From: Microthyrium microscopicum
Lineage: Eukaryota
DNA length: 64,000 nucleotides
Assembly: GCA_010405405.1 (NCBI GenBank)
Contig: MU004232.1
Location: forward strand, 2,673,038-2,737,037
Direction: 5' to 3'
A model generated the notes under the pieces. The model was not told the origin of the DNA. It did not search any database and saw nothing but the letters and a program-made list of their open reading frames with translations. The position numbers and the translations under genes are program-made. Below, piece after piece: positions 1 through 12,498 of the stretch (positions within the stretch are counted from its first letter, which is position 1; each line of letters begins with the position of its first letter).

Positions 1-33
1 ACAAACACCCTCGAAACCTCCACCCCAATCGCC

Positions 34-382
34 ATGCTAAACCCAACAACCATCACCCTCCTCCTAATCTCCCTCGCCCTCCTACCCGCCTTCTTCGTAA
101 AGTCCGATCCGCTCGTCGCATGGCTAAAGCGCAAACGCTATCAATATGAAGTCACAGTGCCGCTGTACATGTTGACGCCGACGGAACAATTCATCTTCAG
201 TGCGTATATTTCTCCAACGACGGAACAAGGGAAGTGGAATAAGCTAATCTGGTGTTTTTACTTTAGATTCGCTGCTATTTCTGTGTCTGGCGATCATGTT
301 TATTGCGGCTGGGCTATATCTGCCTGACCACATTATGAAGATATCGGGCCGAGTATACTATTACGTTAATGGGGATTCATGA
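34..382 (+). CDS. Serine palmitoyltransferase small regulatory subunit family protein (SPTSS/DUF3317-like), 2 exons
   Basis: Contains the motif WLKRKRYQYEVTVPLYMLTPTEQFIFN. Intron 200-266 (GTGCGT...CTAAT...TTTAG) joins it to exon 2, SLLFLCLAIMFIAAGLYLPDHIMKISGRVYYYVNGDS*. Confidence 0.8.
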
Positions 383-782
383 TTGCGATGCGGGAGAGTG
401 GTTTTGGAGAGCGAGTTCTTGGTTGTATTAATGGATTAATTGCATCATACGGCGTTGGACGGTGCTGGGGCTGGATATAGGAATCAAAGATGTATAATAC
501 TTGCAGCATCAATGGAACGCACAGCGCATAGAAGAAACAATCAATCAGCGAAACTTGAACCACAGGAATACCAGACAAATGCAATGCACATATGGTTTGA
601 ATTATTTGCTAAAAGCAGAGGCTATCGTGACATTCATAATCAGATATTATCCTTTTAAACCGAGGTATATCTTGAAAACGCCGCTCATACAGAGCATATC
701 AAACAGAAAACAAAGGTGAAGTCCGTCCTCTCGATGGGTATCACGCGCTAGGAATTGTCGACTTCTTTAACATCTGGAATCT

Positions 783-3119
783 TCAGTCCCAGTTCGTCAG
801 ACCACTTTCATATTCTAGGCCTGCCTTTTCCATCCACTCGTGGCAAAACGTCATGCCGAAACGAACTGCTTGAGAAGGCGTCATCGTCTCATTCACCGGT
901 AGATAGAATGATGTTGCAATACCCTTGGACTGTAGCAAATCGTCGCTTTTAGGTTCTTCAACCCGTCTCTGGGCACCAGCTGCACTCGTGACCGGGAATT
1001 CTTGCTCAATCTTACCATGCGGTAACTTGAATTGCGCATGGTTGAGATAGGTTATACCATCGGTCTGCAGCTTGACTGCTTTTGCCGGCAAAGTCTCCAT
1101 CAGTGTCGAGGGCGATTCGTCCGAAGGTGTGCCAGTGTTGCTAGGACCATCATTTGTAACAGGTACAATGGTCTCAACGTTGAATTTGGCAGCAGCGATC
1201 ACAAGATGAGCCATCATGTTTGTGTGTGCGCGATAGTTGACGATGTACGTAAGATAGTGACGAAGTCCTTCGAGGTCAGGGTGGTTTCTTGTGATGTGCT
1301 TGGCAAAATTGATCAGAGGGAACAGCGTGCACCAGCTTCCATTATAATCTTCTGGTAAGCCACGAAGACGGAGACGAGCGTCATTGAAGCTATACGCTAC
1401 CATGTATGACATGACAGATTCGAGAGTGAGCACAGCTTTGCGCTTGTAATCTGGAGAATTTACGTCGTCGGTTTTAATAGCCTGGGATCGATGCTTGAGT
1501 TCTCGACCACGAGCATTGTATTTCTTTGACCACTCAGCAAGCTCAGATGCGTTGGCTGATCTGCTTGGGTTCACATTTGAGGACTTGGTAATACGGTCAG
1601 TGGCGGTTCGCGGTGGTGGTAGAGGCGTAAGATTGCGCGGTGTTGACAAGTGACTGGTGTTGGAGGTTGATCGTTGCATCGAGGTTGAAACTTCTTTGGG
1701 TGTGAGTAGTTGACGTTTACGTTGCGAGTCGACTCCATTCTGCGATGGCTGTGAAGGAGTGGAAGGTTCATCTGGTGAGCTGGAGCCATTCTTATGCCCA
1801 TTAGCGGTTCCATTTGCAGATTTGAGCTTCTTTGCGGGATGTGATGTTGGAGCCTTCTCGGCAAGTCGCTTTTTGTTGTTCTCAGGAGTAGCAAGATCAG
1901 AGTTGGGAGGTTTCTTTCCCGCTGAGGGACGAGGAGATAGTGGACGTGTAGTGCGTGGCTTGGGACTGTCGTCGTGCTTCTTCTCTCTGCTCGAGAAAGG
2001 AACAGCAGAAAATGCAGGCTCTAGTTTCCGTCTTGGCGGAAGGCGCAGAATACCCTCAACATTCTTGCGGGAGCGCTTCCCATATTTCAACTTCACAACC
2101 AGTGTTTCTTTTGAGGTTGTGTCTACTATTTCCTTCTTGAGCTCAGATTCTATTGCTTGCTTCTTCACTTCGGGCTTTCTCTCCTCTTCCACCGGTTTGA
2201 CAGCATGCTTCTCGGCCTTGTCGGTCGTCTTCGTCCCACTCCAAATGTTACTCGGAGTATTGACTTGAGACGATCGAAGGTCGGACAGCGATGAAAGGTC
2301 GGACTCGGCGCGGCTTCGCTTCTGCCGTAGTGCCTCTTCTAAATCAGGTGGCAGTGTCGGAGACAGCATTGGTGGCAAGTCGAACGCATGCTCATCACGA
2401 ATTGGAGACAACATGGGGGGTAGGCCATGATCAGGAGCTTGAAGGGATGGTGAGTCTGGTAATTTGTCCACTCTTGACTTCTTTTTGGGAGTCACAAGTC
2501 GTGCATTTGATGGTTCGGGCGATTTGCGCTTTCTCTCTGCTTGTGAAAAGCTTTGAGCGCTCTCAAATTTCTTCTTGGATGGGCCATTGCCATTCACGGC
2601 CAGAGATTTTCTATCATTTTCATCAGACTCTGGACTTGGCTTTGACTCCGTCTTTCCGCCTTGTTCCTTCTTCTGTTTCCAGGCAGCCAGGCTCATCTTC
2701 TTCTTTGCACCAGCGGCAGCCATTAGGGGCGTGTGAGGAGCGCTTCCATTCGCCATGACGCCATTTCTGTCCTGTTCCTTCATCTGCCTTTCGCGTTGTT
2801 CGTCTAGTCGTGTACGGATTTCAAAGACTCCTTCGGTACTATCGCGGAATAAGAAGCTGTCGTACTGGTAATGAATATCGTGGCGTTCGAAGCCAAACTG
2901 GTGTCGCCAACGCGATTGTTCGTTGTGGATTTCTTGTGGGTGCTTCAACGGAAGCTGGAATTCGGGGACGCTTAGAATATAAGGATGTTCGGGAAGTATA
3001 TTTTCTAATCGGGCAAGGACTGCATCGATTTTGGCAGATTCACCAGAAGACATGTGTTGCGGCTTTGTTTTAGTTGCGATGTTGAATTTGTCAGGCTCGT
3101 GTATAGCTGGCATCGACAT
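783..3119 (-). CDS. Large low-complexity nuclear protein, possibly Ell-binding protein Ebp1-like
   Basis: Long intact ORF; first ATG at 3119 (MSMPAIHEP). It has a KKKMSLAAWKQKK motif, LPPMLSP repeats, a Ser/Pro/Lys-rich middle and a helical C-terminal domain (GRELKH...ESVMSYMVAY...W.TL.P). Family assignment is from memory only. Confidence 0.6.
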   Translation of the reverse strand: MSMPAIHEPDKFNIATKTKPQHMSSGESAKIDAVLARLENILPEHPYILSVPEFQLPLKHPQEIHNEQSRWRHQFGFERHDIHYQYDSFLFRDSTEGVFEIRTRLDEQRERQMKEQDRNGVMANGSAPHTPLMAAAGAKKKMSLAAWKQKKEQGGKTESKPSPESDENDRKSLAVNGNGPSKKKFESAQSFSQAERKRKSPEPSNARLVTPKKKSRVDKLPDSPSLQAPDHGLPPMLSPIRDEHAFDLPPMLSPTLPPDLEEALRQKRSRAESDLSSLSDLRSSQVNTPSNIWSGTKTTDKAEKHAVKPVEEERKPEVKKQAIESELKKEIVDTTSKETLVVKLKYGKRSRKNVEGILRLPPRRKLEPAFSAVPFSSREKKHDDSPKPRTTRPLSPRPSAGKKPPNSDLATPENNKKRLAEKAPTSHPAKKLKSANGTANGHKNGSSSPDEPSTPSQPSQNGVDSQRKRQLLTPKEVSTSMQRSTSNTSHLSTPRNLTPLPPPRTATDRITKSSNVNPSRSANASELAEWSKKYNARGRELKHRSQAIKTDDVNSPDYKRKAVLTLESVMSYMVAYSFNDARLRLRGLPEDYNGSWCTLFPLINFAKHITRNHPDLEGLRHYLTYIVNYRAHTNMMAHLVIAAAKFNVETIVPVTNDGPSNTGTPSDESPSTLMETLPAKAVKLQTDGITYLNHAQFKLPHGKIEQEFPVTSAAGAQRRVEEPKSDDLLQSKGIATSFYLPVNETMTPSQAVRFGMTFCHEWMEKAGLEYESGLTNWD

Positions 3120-6100
3120 AGCAGTTCGGATAGCCGAGCATATGTTGATAGCAAAGCGAGAGTGACCAGCGATGTTCAAGGGCTGTTTGGCTTGGAGGAA
3201 GAGGTAATTGTTGAGTCTTTCGCAGGCTATAGTCAGTACGAGGAAGGGCAGGCGCAAAGGGGAGCTATAACGCACTAGCTGTATGGGCCTGCTTTAGAGG
3301 TTGCTGGCCATTTCTAATTGATAGAATGGACGATGGCGGTTTGACAATAGATTGGACAATAGGTTTGGCGATGGTAAATGGCGGGCTGATGGGATGAAGT
3401 TGAGTTGTCGCGCATTCTTGAAGTTGAGGGTGCTTTCCCAAACGAGGAGTGTTATCTAACCAGAACAGCAGGCGCGCTGGGTCGCAACTGCGCTGCGCGA
3501 TCCCGAGTCCCTTCCCTATTGGCAATTCCCCAAGGGCGCAAGTATTATTGATTGATGTTGATCCAGACTGGTGTCTCTGTCGCTGCTTATAGGCGCTGCC
3601 TCTATGGTTGATAGCGGCGATGCGATGGACAATCAGCTGCAAGGTTGTACCCTCCGCGATTGACAGTTGAAGGTGATTGTCGATTGGACGGAGGCCGGTT
3701 GGACTGTTGCTAGATTCCGAGATCAGGAGAACGGCGCGCGCATTCGTCCCCGCTCCCAAATGTACTTCCTGCGATTCCTATGTTGGAGGTGATGGATCGA
3801 CACGGCAAGGGCTCGGACTGCAAGTCGGCAGCGAAGATGAACTTGGCGGAGGTGACGGGCAGCTTGTAAGTTTGTGGAGGTTTCATCGCGTGGGGACCTT
3901 GGCATCTGGCGCCCTTTGCTGGGCCTCCTGGTCTGTGGGGGTTGCTCGGAGTTTACTGTGCCACCAGAACATCTACAACGCTGGCAATTTCTTATAAAAT
4001 ATCTCTCTCCCCGCCAAATCGATACTATACATAGTGCATGTATCATAACTCAAGCTCTGCGGTCGTTACATGATGATGCTCAGTCAGACCTCAACAACAA
4101 AACCCCTAAATGCGCTATCTCATGATACACTTTGGTCGAATTGATCTCAACGAAATGCTAACTGAGATCTATCCGGCGATCAAAATCAGCTTGAATTTAT
4201 ATCTTTTGGGCGTCGATAGTTGAACAGGATGAGTAACATGCTTCCATCGATTATGAGTCCATCATCCTCTACGGAATGTCTGCTACCGACTACCTTATAT
4301 CCCATGAAGACATTCACCTTCGAAATTTCAACAAGATGTCACAGACTTCATGGGATAGTCAGCTTCTTCTACGCGCCAACGGTCGCCATCGCCTTTGAAA
4401 GGGAGTATTTTCCGTTGTGTTGATTCTGAGGCAATAGCATCACTACGGTACAGAACGCTACAACCGACGAGTGTGCCATTCTTCATGCTTCGAGTGGTTC
4501 AGTAAATCAGAGAAATCGTACCATCGCGCAATCACCCTTCCGTCTAAATGCTGATCTTATTTCCCTGATCAATAGCTGCCCTGAGCCTTGGTCTTGTGGT
4601 TGCACTTCCCCAAGGCAATATCAATCCTAGCGTAACAACATGCCCTGAAGAACGATAGCTTCATCGATCGGTGCTATATCGTTTTGCTGCCTTTTGCCAC
4701 CATATAACATCAAGATTTCTTTTGCCATAGACAAAGGAAGGATAGTCAGTGAGTAGGAAATTACTGATGGACAAAATTACTGGCCTGCCTCTATCGACTT
4801 CAGTGGGTCAAAATAACTGGCGTTCTCCCATCAGCGTCGATGGCTCCCACGACGGCTATCAATCGGAAGGTGTGATAGTTGCCATCGCATTTATAAAATG
4901 TCCATGATGGCTGAATTCGCTCGATGGGCAAACAAAGCACTTGATAGCAGATCGTCTTGTATGGGAGCCATCGCATTCGCTGGGAGCGCGCCATTTATTT
5001 TGTCAACCCCTTGCCATTCTATCGAAAGCAACGACAGATATAATGGTACCGGTTGTGGGAGCCAGCGAAGCTGATGGGAGCACGCTAGTTATTTTGTCTA
5101 TTGGTCAATGATATCGTAACTTGAGGAATACAGACCTAGCTCCTGTTCGTTTAGCTGACCTCGGAATGCTTGGGTGTGATTCTTAAGCTTTGAATACCGG
5201 TCGTGAAGCTTGAGAAAGTGCTGCTGAACTGGACTATCAGATGAATAATGTATCTGACTTGATCCTACCGGGAGGGAAACAACACCTACAATTCAATGCC
5301 GAACGGACACTTGGCGGACATGAGAAATTATCGCTTGAATGATGAGTTATGAGCAATTGGACGGTTCAACCTTCAGGAAAATATCTTGTTGTAAGTGCTA
5401 TCGTCTGACTCGCAAGGTAACTGGCTCGAATCTTCAGCCTTACAATCTCAGCCTTGTCGACCCTCTGAGGCACTTTCAACCTTGTTGGTCGTTTGAGGCG
5501 AAACTGACAGTGCAGTAGCTACTCATTACAGTCATTCGGAAGGGCGTAAACTTTATCTGAGCGTTCGTGATCCTCGAGGAGCTACTACAAGCCACTTCGT
5601 TTGCAAGAACAATTGAACGCTTCGAAAGGAGCTTTCATGAATCGGATAAACTCTGAAAAGAAAAGTCGGGTTTTAGAGTAAGGTCTTGTAAGAAGAGCTG
5701 TCTCTGTGCCTGCTACCATTTCTTTCACACACACAGGCACCCCTACGTCTCAACAGTCATATATAGCTGGACGCCTGGCCCTTCGTCCCATAATGCACTG
5801 ACTCCAACTTCTTATAAGCTATATAGCCGCACCATCGTGTACGACCATCCGTATACCTAATCTTGTACGACCACCATATCTACTATTCTTACGTCTTGAA
5901 TCTATGCTTAAATAAAGCCTTCCAGGCAGTGTTCTTGATCCAGTGAAAAGAGGCGCGGCTTCTCGTATTCTTGTATTAAGCCCAATAAGTCTGCTTCATT
6001 CGCCCAGAAATCTGTATAGCTCGAATCCTTGTCATCCAAGATTTCATCCGTAATCACGATAATGGCTGATCTCGTGATATTGTCCTCCGGTTGCTTGCCT

Positions 6101-6838
6101 TGAGCATGGGTTTCTTCGATTTTCCCGTCTACTGGGTGTTCAAGGATAGGTCTTTGGTAACTTACCAGTGGGTTTGGACTGTCGACTACGAGATGTGTGA
6201 TATCCTGGTTGGATCTTCGAGTGGGCTTAGAAGTACGGAGTCAGTAGCGCAAGATATCAGAGTTTCCTGGCCTACTTCTAGATTGCTCGAGTCTACACAC
6301 TCATGTGAGACTCAATATCACTCGAAACAAACCTGTAAGACTGAGAAAACCCATCCTTTACGAAATATTTCTGAGCCAAGAAATTCTTATCTTGGAGAGT
6401 AACCCATCAGACGGCAAAATATCCCGAACTGACAGATCAGGAAAGATACCGAGAATTATAGATTGGTACAGGGTCCATCACCGAAATAACGGTAACAGGA
6501 AAAATTGAAATAATACCGCAAGATACCGATGTACCCTTCGGAGCAGGTACTACTAATAACATACAGTATTTATACGGGTACCAAGATCGCTCATCATACT
6601 AACATAATTGATCAGGACAAACGGTTACACTACCCGATAAGGAACATTTCGAAAATAGAGCTCTTACCAAATAATAAAAATGTGGTTCATAATCTATTTT
6701 ATAGAAGCTCTGGTAGGAGTTTTTCCATTACTAAAGTAGTTGTGGAATTATAAGTTTTAAGTATGACTGCCGCTTCTTTGAGCTTTTCTCAAAAGAGCGA
6801 ATCACTATTTCTACGGTGTTTGAGGACAGGTTGGAAAG

Positions 6839-8295
6839 ATGAGGAATTCTCTAGCTATATTTGCATCAGCAACGTTCGCATTGCTTGTTGGAGCAGTGCC
6901 AACCAGCTTTGGATTAGACGAGAGGTCGACAACATGTACTAATCCGAGAGTGCGAAAAGAATGGTACGTGAACGTACCCATAGTTTCCCAAATGGTCGTC
7001 TTTTGCGGTACGACCCATTGTTTGCTGATACAACTCTTCAGGCGTTCGTTAACAGTCGATGAGCGAAAACTGTACTTGAAGGCTACAAAGTGCATGTACG
7101 ATACGCCATCAAAATTCAAGTCAAGGTTCCCCATTGCGAGGAGCCGATATGATGATTTCGTGATACTACACATCGATATCGGTATCAGCGGTATGTACTC
7201 GAAATATCAGGGAATATTTGCAACTGGTTACTGATTCGCTCAATGATAGGAGCGAAACCGATGCATTCCCATGGCGAAACCAATCCTGTCCTTGGTATAC
7301 CAGATCCAGCGTCCTTTGGCGGCCACGAGGATGGCGATATTCTAGCCTGGCATCGATACGTACTGCAGCAGTGGGAAGATGCTCTAATCAACGAATGTGG
7401 TTGGAAAGGAGGCATTCCATGTGAGACCTCCAGATGAGCCTCTAGCCACCAGCTAACAATCTTTCCCAGACTGGAATTGGTTCCTCGACACCCCATCTCA
7501 AGGCGGTAGTTTCCTAAAATCGCCAATCTTCGATCCCATATCCGGCTTCGGAGGCAACGGCAAGCCAGACCCCGACAACATCCTCCAAAAGCTCAACGGC
7601 ACCGGCGGCGGATGTATCCAAGACGGTATCTTTAAAGACGTCAAGTTATGGATCGGACCAGTCGGTCAAATGATCCCAAACAACCCACGGTGCCTCACCC
7701 GAAACTTCCTCCCCTGGGTCGTCGAACAGCACAACGCAACAGATACCCTCCGCAAAGCACTCAAAGCCCGAGACTTCCGCGAATTCATGAAATGGGTGCA
7801 AAAAGATGAAGCTGGTGGACCACATAACCACCCCGAAGGCCCACCTGCTCTGAACGTCATCTTTGACGATTTACACGGCATAGGACATTACTCTATCAAC
7901 GGAGAGGTAAGTCGACTCATTCACTTACTTTAGCTTCCAGGGGTCTAATTACTGCGTGATAGATGGGTGATCCCCTCGGCTCCATGAACGAACCACTTTT
8001 CTGGCTACACCATGGCGGCATCGACCAATTCTGGTCACTTTGGCAAGACCAAGATCTTACGCACCGCTTGAGCGACTGGGATGCTAGTCCGAATAGAACG
8101 CTGGGGGCGAAGGCTGGAGAGGCACCGATTGCGATGGGGATATTTGCGCCTGATAGGAAGAGTCGTGAGTTGACAGATTCGCAGAATAGGAACGGGGAGG
8201 GGATACTATGCTATAAGTATGAGGGGTTGCCGATGGAGGCGTACTTTGGTAAGTCGGCGAGTCCTGCGAAGTATTCGTATCATGGTGTTTTTTGA
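6839..8295 (+). CDS. Secreted tyrosinase / di-copper-centre oxidase (multi-exon)
   Basis: Signal peptide, then CTNPRVRKEW and SRYDDFVILH. CuA site H...ILAWHR; CuB site DLHGIGH...SMNEPLFWLHHGGID; C-terminal LCYKY. Several GT-AG introns. Confidence 0.9.
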
Positions 8296-9767
8296 GGTTG
8301 TGGGATTAGACGATACATCGATAAATTGGATCATGCAATGGGACTACTTAGGTAGACTCATATATATATTCTTCGGTTCCGATGCATGATGATTATCTTT
8401 GATGTCGCGAAATGCTCTTGCACAAGATAGCAGCTGTCGTAGTTGTACGGTATGATAACTGCCAGTGGATACTAGCTTGACTCAGCGCAGGTGGTACAGA
8501 TCTTGTACATGTCGGAGTCAGGCCCGAGGTCAATGCCAGCAGACCACTGTAGAAAGTGGGATGTGGTTCAGATCGACACAGGGGAGAACAGCTACGACAT
8601 TGCAATGCCAGCCAGCCATTCATGTACAGGTCAGTACAAGGCGGAGAACGCTTGATATCAGTTTATCTTATAGACACAATGGTCAAAATATGTGTCTAGT
8701 TATCCGCGAGGATATATGCTTTTAGCCATACGATAGACCATAGAATAGTTCTGAGAGATGGCCAATAATAGTCGTCCAGGACCTTTAGCAGCAGGTGTTA
8801 AGATCAGGGATGGCATCGGATCAAGGACAAAAATAAAACATTCAGGGATGAGGTCCCGCCCCTCCAAAAGTTTTGAAATGCGGCTGAGCTCCGCCATCAA
8901 TAGACCATGTGCTTGGGATATCTGTTACGACTGAGATGAGGACCGTACGCGTGATGAGGCAAACGTTGTTGTGTGCAGGTCGTTTGACAGTGGAGAAGAT
9001 GCTCAAAACCGACTTCAAGATGGGTTCAGGAGGCGTTCAATGATCCCCAGAAAATAGGGGTGGGCTCAAACGCCACTTTCACAAAATAAGTTTAGAGCAT
9101 CGATCCAGACCATAAAAGGCTTGCAGAATTGCGCGGTCGTCTAAATAAGGCTGTCGCGTGGGAAAAAGGGAGTTTTCAGTCTGGAATTTGGATGACAAAG
9201 AAGTCAGAAGTCAGAAGTCAAGCCAGATCTGGCATTTCAAAAGTTGGCAAGAGCGTTGGTGGTGCATATCGTGATATCCCTCCCTGATCCAATACGACTT
9301 CTCTATTCGGCCAATCCAACCGACCCCAGAATCCTCCTCCTGTCGTTCTTTCCTTTGCCAACTATCGTTTTTCCTCTAATCCTCTCACCACTTTACTTCT
9401 GGTCATTCATTTCATACCTTCTATTCTTACCACCTCACTCTCTCCTTGCCTTGCGCAATTCATCCGTTTCTCATCTTCAAAAATTGCTTCAAACCTCCTT
9501 TCCTACCTGCATTCCACCCCTTGCTTGTCCTGCCTTTGACACAACACGACACCAATCCTCCCAGCGCAACCCTCATTGTACCACCTCACCATTCCTGAAC
9601 CTCCATCGCGTACTCCTAGATCATGTTCCTGCGTTGACCGCCCCTCAACTGTCGCAACACAAGTGCTTCGTACACCAATCCTCTTTGGCGCACCTTTCAA
9701 TATTTCGTACCTCCTACACGTTTCCTCATATATCCTTTGCGCCCACGGGTTTCTTTGATCTGCCGCC

Positions 9768-11233
9768 ATGGATTGGGAAAAAATGAAGCTCCTCGAGGAT
9801 GCCCAAATACACGCCGCGTTTTCCCGCTCCTCACATGTTGCTCGCCAACACAAGCCGTTTGTGCTTTTCGTCATATTTGCATCCGTTGTATTATTATGCA
9901 TGCAACTACCTTGGGGAGGCGCCGGCCAGACTGGTGTAGTGATAAAACCGGTGCCTTCACATACTAGCGTACATTACACGCCAGATCAAGATCCAGCTTT
10001 CAACAAGACATCGACATCAGATAAACCTACGCTGGAAATCATTCCAAAGATCAAGACTGGAAAGAAGGCGAGATGGGCCAAAGTGGCTGTCGCCAGTGGC
10101 TTTGAAGATATTGTCTACGAAAAGGCGCTGGATACACACATTCGACATGCAGAAAGACACGGGTACCCAATGTATGTTGGACGAGAGAATGCGGCAGAAG
10201 GAATGTTCAACAAGATCGCCTACATACTGAATCTTGTACTGCAAGAATTATACAAGCCAGCTGAAGATCGGATAGAATGGCTATTGTAAGTTGTGAAAGT
10301 CGACTACTGGAAGCATTTGCTAATCGGACCCAGCTATTTTGATGCCGATACTATTATCATGAACAAAGAAATACCCCTCGATATTTTCGAACCCCCATCC
10401 GATTACGATCACATCAACTACATTGCAGCTCGGGATTGGAATGGTCTGAATGCAGGTGTTCTCCTTCTACGCGTTCACCCATGGACTGTAGATCTGCTCA
10501 CCCGTACAATGACCTATAAGCACTACCATCCGGAAGAATCCTACGTTTTCGAAGAACAAACAATCCTAGCTCGCTTGACCGAAAACCATGCCGAGTTCAA
10601 AAAAGCCGCGCTTTACATGCCACGTCCTTGGTTCAACGCATATTTCTATGGTATGCACGAAGTCAAGCCTGGCATGCTACTATCACATTTTGCGCATCCC
10701 GATTTCAAATGGCACATGTACGAGTGGCTCAAAGTCGCATACGAAGAAGACGGTTCCGACAATCCTTTCTACCAAAAACCAGTAGGAGATACCGATTACC
10801 CTGACGAAATCAAGCAATTTTGGAATATCAAGAGACGAGCAGATCGAGTCATCAAAGGTTTCGAACGCAACATTAACCGTAATGCGGATCCAGTGCAGTT
10901 TGGCCTACAACATGAAGAGACGAAAGCGTTAGCGGAAGATTTTAGAACAAAGTTTGAGGAGTTGAAGCAGGCGGCGTTCTTTGGGACGGAGAATCCACCG
11001 GATCTACAAAAGAAGATTGAATCGGCGGAAGAGGTACGTTATTTTCCGAAAACCATGCTGTTGGACCTAGTGGATAGCTCCACTGCTTCCAGTGTTTGGT
11101 TCCGCAATGTCGCGTGCAATTAAAGTACCCAGGCTAACATGTATCGCGTGTACAGGCAAACTCAAAACTTATTCAAGAGCTCATGAGCTACTTTGAAACT
11201 CACGATGACCCTCCAGCACAAGCTGGCTTTTAA
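9768..11233 (+). CDS. Glycosyltransferase family 34 (MNN10/GMA12-like), type II membrane protein
   Basis: N-terminal TM helix, HAERHGY, EWLFYFDADT (DxD motif), DWNGLNAGVLLLRV, EQ and PRPWFNAY. Introns at 10286-10333 and 11034-11155. Confidence 0.88.
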
Positions 11234-12498
11234 ACGGCCTACGGCATTTTCTTTTGGGTACCATTTCTGCAACTGCAGTATTAATTTACTGATTTTTCCA
11301 TGGCATACATCCCTCGCAATGGGATGGGAAGTTTTTGGCGTTTTTATGTAGGGCGAGGAGCATAGGCGAGTGAATCATTTTATGTGATTGATCTTAGAAG
11401 ACGTTCTTGAAGGCCATGTAAAAGAGACATGAAAGGAAAGATATAGAGGGTTTATTATACTTTGATACCCAAGAATCTAATCATATAATTATCATCGGTG
11501 GTGTGCCGGTCCTTGTGACAGTGAAGGAGTAGTACAGATCTGGTGATATGCGGAGTTGGGGTTGTACGGCATATGTCAGTTCCACGGCATGGATATCAAA
11601 GAGAGGTGGCTGGTAAGAATCAAGAACAGTGGCTGGCAAGATATTGAGATGCATTTGCGGCTGATCAGATCTCTCATTGTCTTTTTGACACGAGGATTCA
11701 GTTAAGGCTATAGAGTTCCGATGGGAGTACTCAGTAGCAACTCTAGCGTTGTAGGTGGCAGGCCAGAGTAGGTCATTTGTTCCTTTCGTTTAGAGTTCAT
11801 GTCGTCTAGATCTTCAGATGTTTCCTCCATAATCGCCGTAAACGCGGAGATTGTAGGACAGGCTTGACAGGTTAAGGATAGACCTGCTATATTGGAAGAC
11901 AGCTATCTTTTGACGCAAGCTGTGATTCGTTGATCTACACTCTGATAAACCTCACCCCGCAAGGCTCAACATCAAGCTCTAACCCCTTCTCTCATGTACA
12001 GCCGAGTAAACATACCCCATTTTCATCTTTCAATTTTGATATCCATCATGGACAAAAAATGGGGTTATCTCTGCAATTGCTGGACCTTTTTGCCTCTTAT
12101 AGTCACCAGCTATTTGCTTTGCACAGCTCAAATAACTGCCATATGACTACTCGTTTGTCTACAATCATCTGCTATCATATGATTGCGCATTTATAGCTTC
12201 CTATATCGCCTGCAGCTCTTCTGCAGTGGCTGCATACGGTAACCAAATCACTCTCCCACCACATTGCAATATCGCTACAATCTTTCCCCTCCACAATTCT
12301 TCTTAAACCAACGCACTAGCACTGCATACAAAAGACGTGCTTCTAAGCTAAGTTCAATCCCCAGCTTGCCGGTCCAGCCACTCTTAGCTTGGTTGCTTCA
12401 ACCATACTTCCACGCTCCTACTCTACTAAACCACCAACCCGCGCCATATATCACCATTCTCAAGATATCATCTGATCTTCTCAACTTCACATCACAAC

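Noticed and set aside
3265..6800. Short ORFs in the long intergenic region, and antisense ORFs over real genes
   Set aside because: No domain evidence; many start at non-ATG codons or shadow the real CDS.
9201..9221. (AGAAGTC)x3 microsatellite
   Set aside because: Too short to be meaningful.
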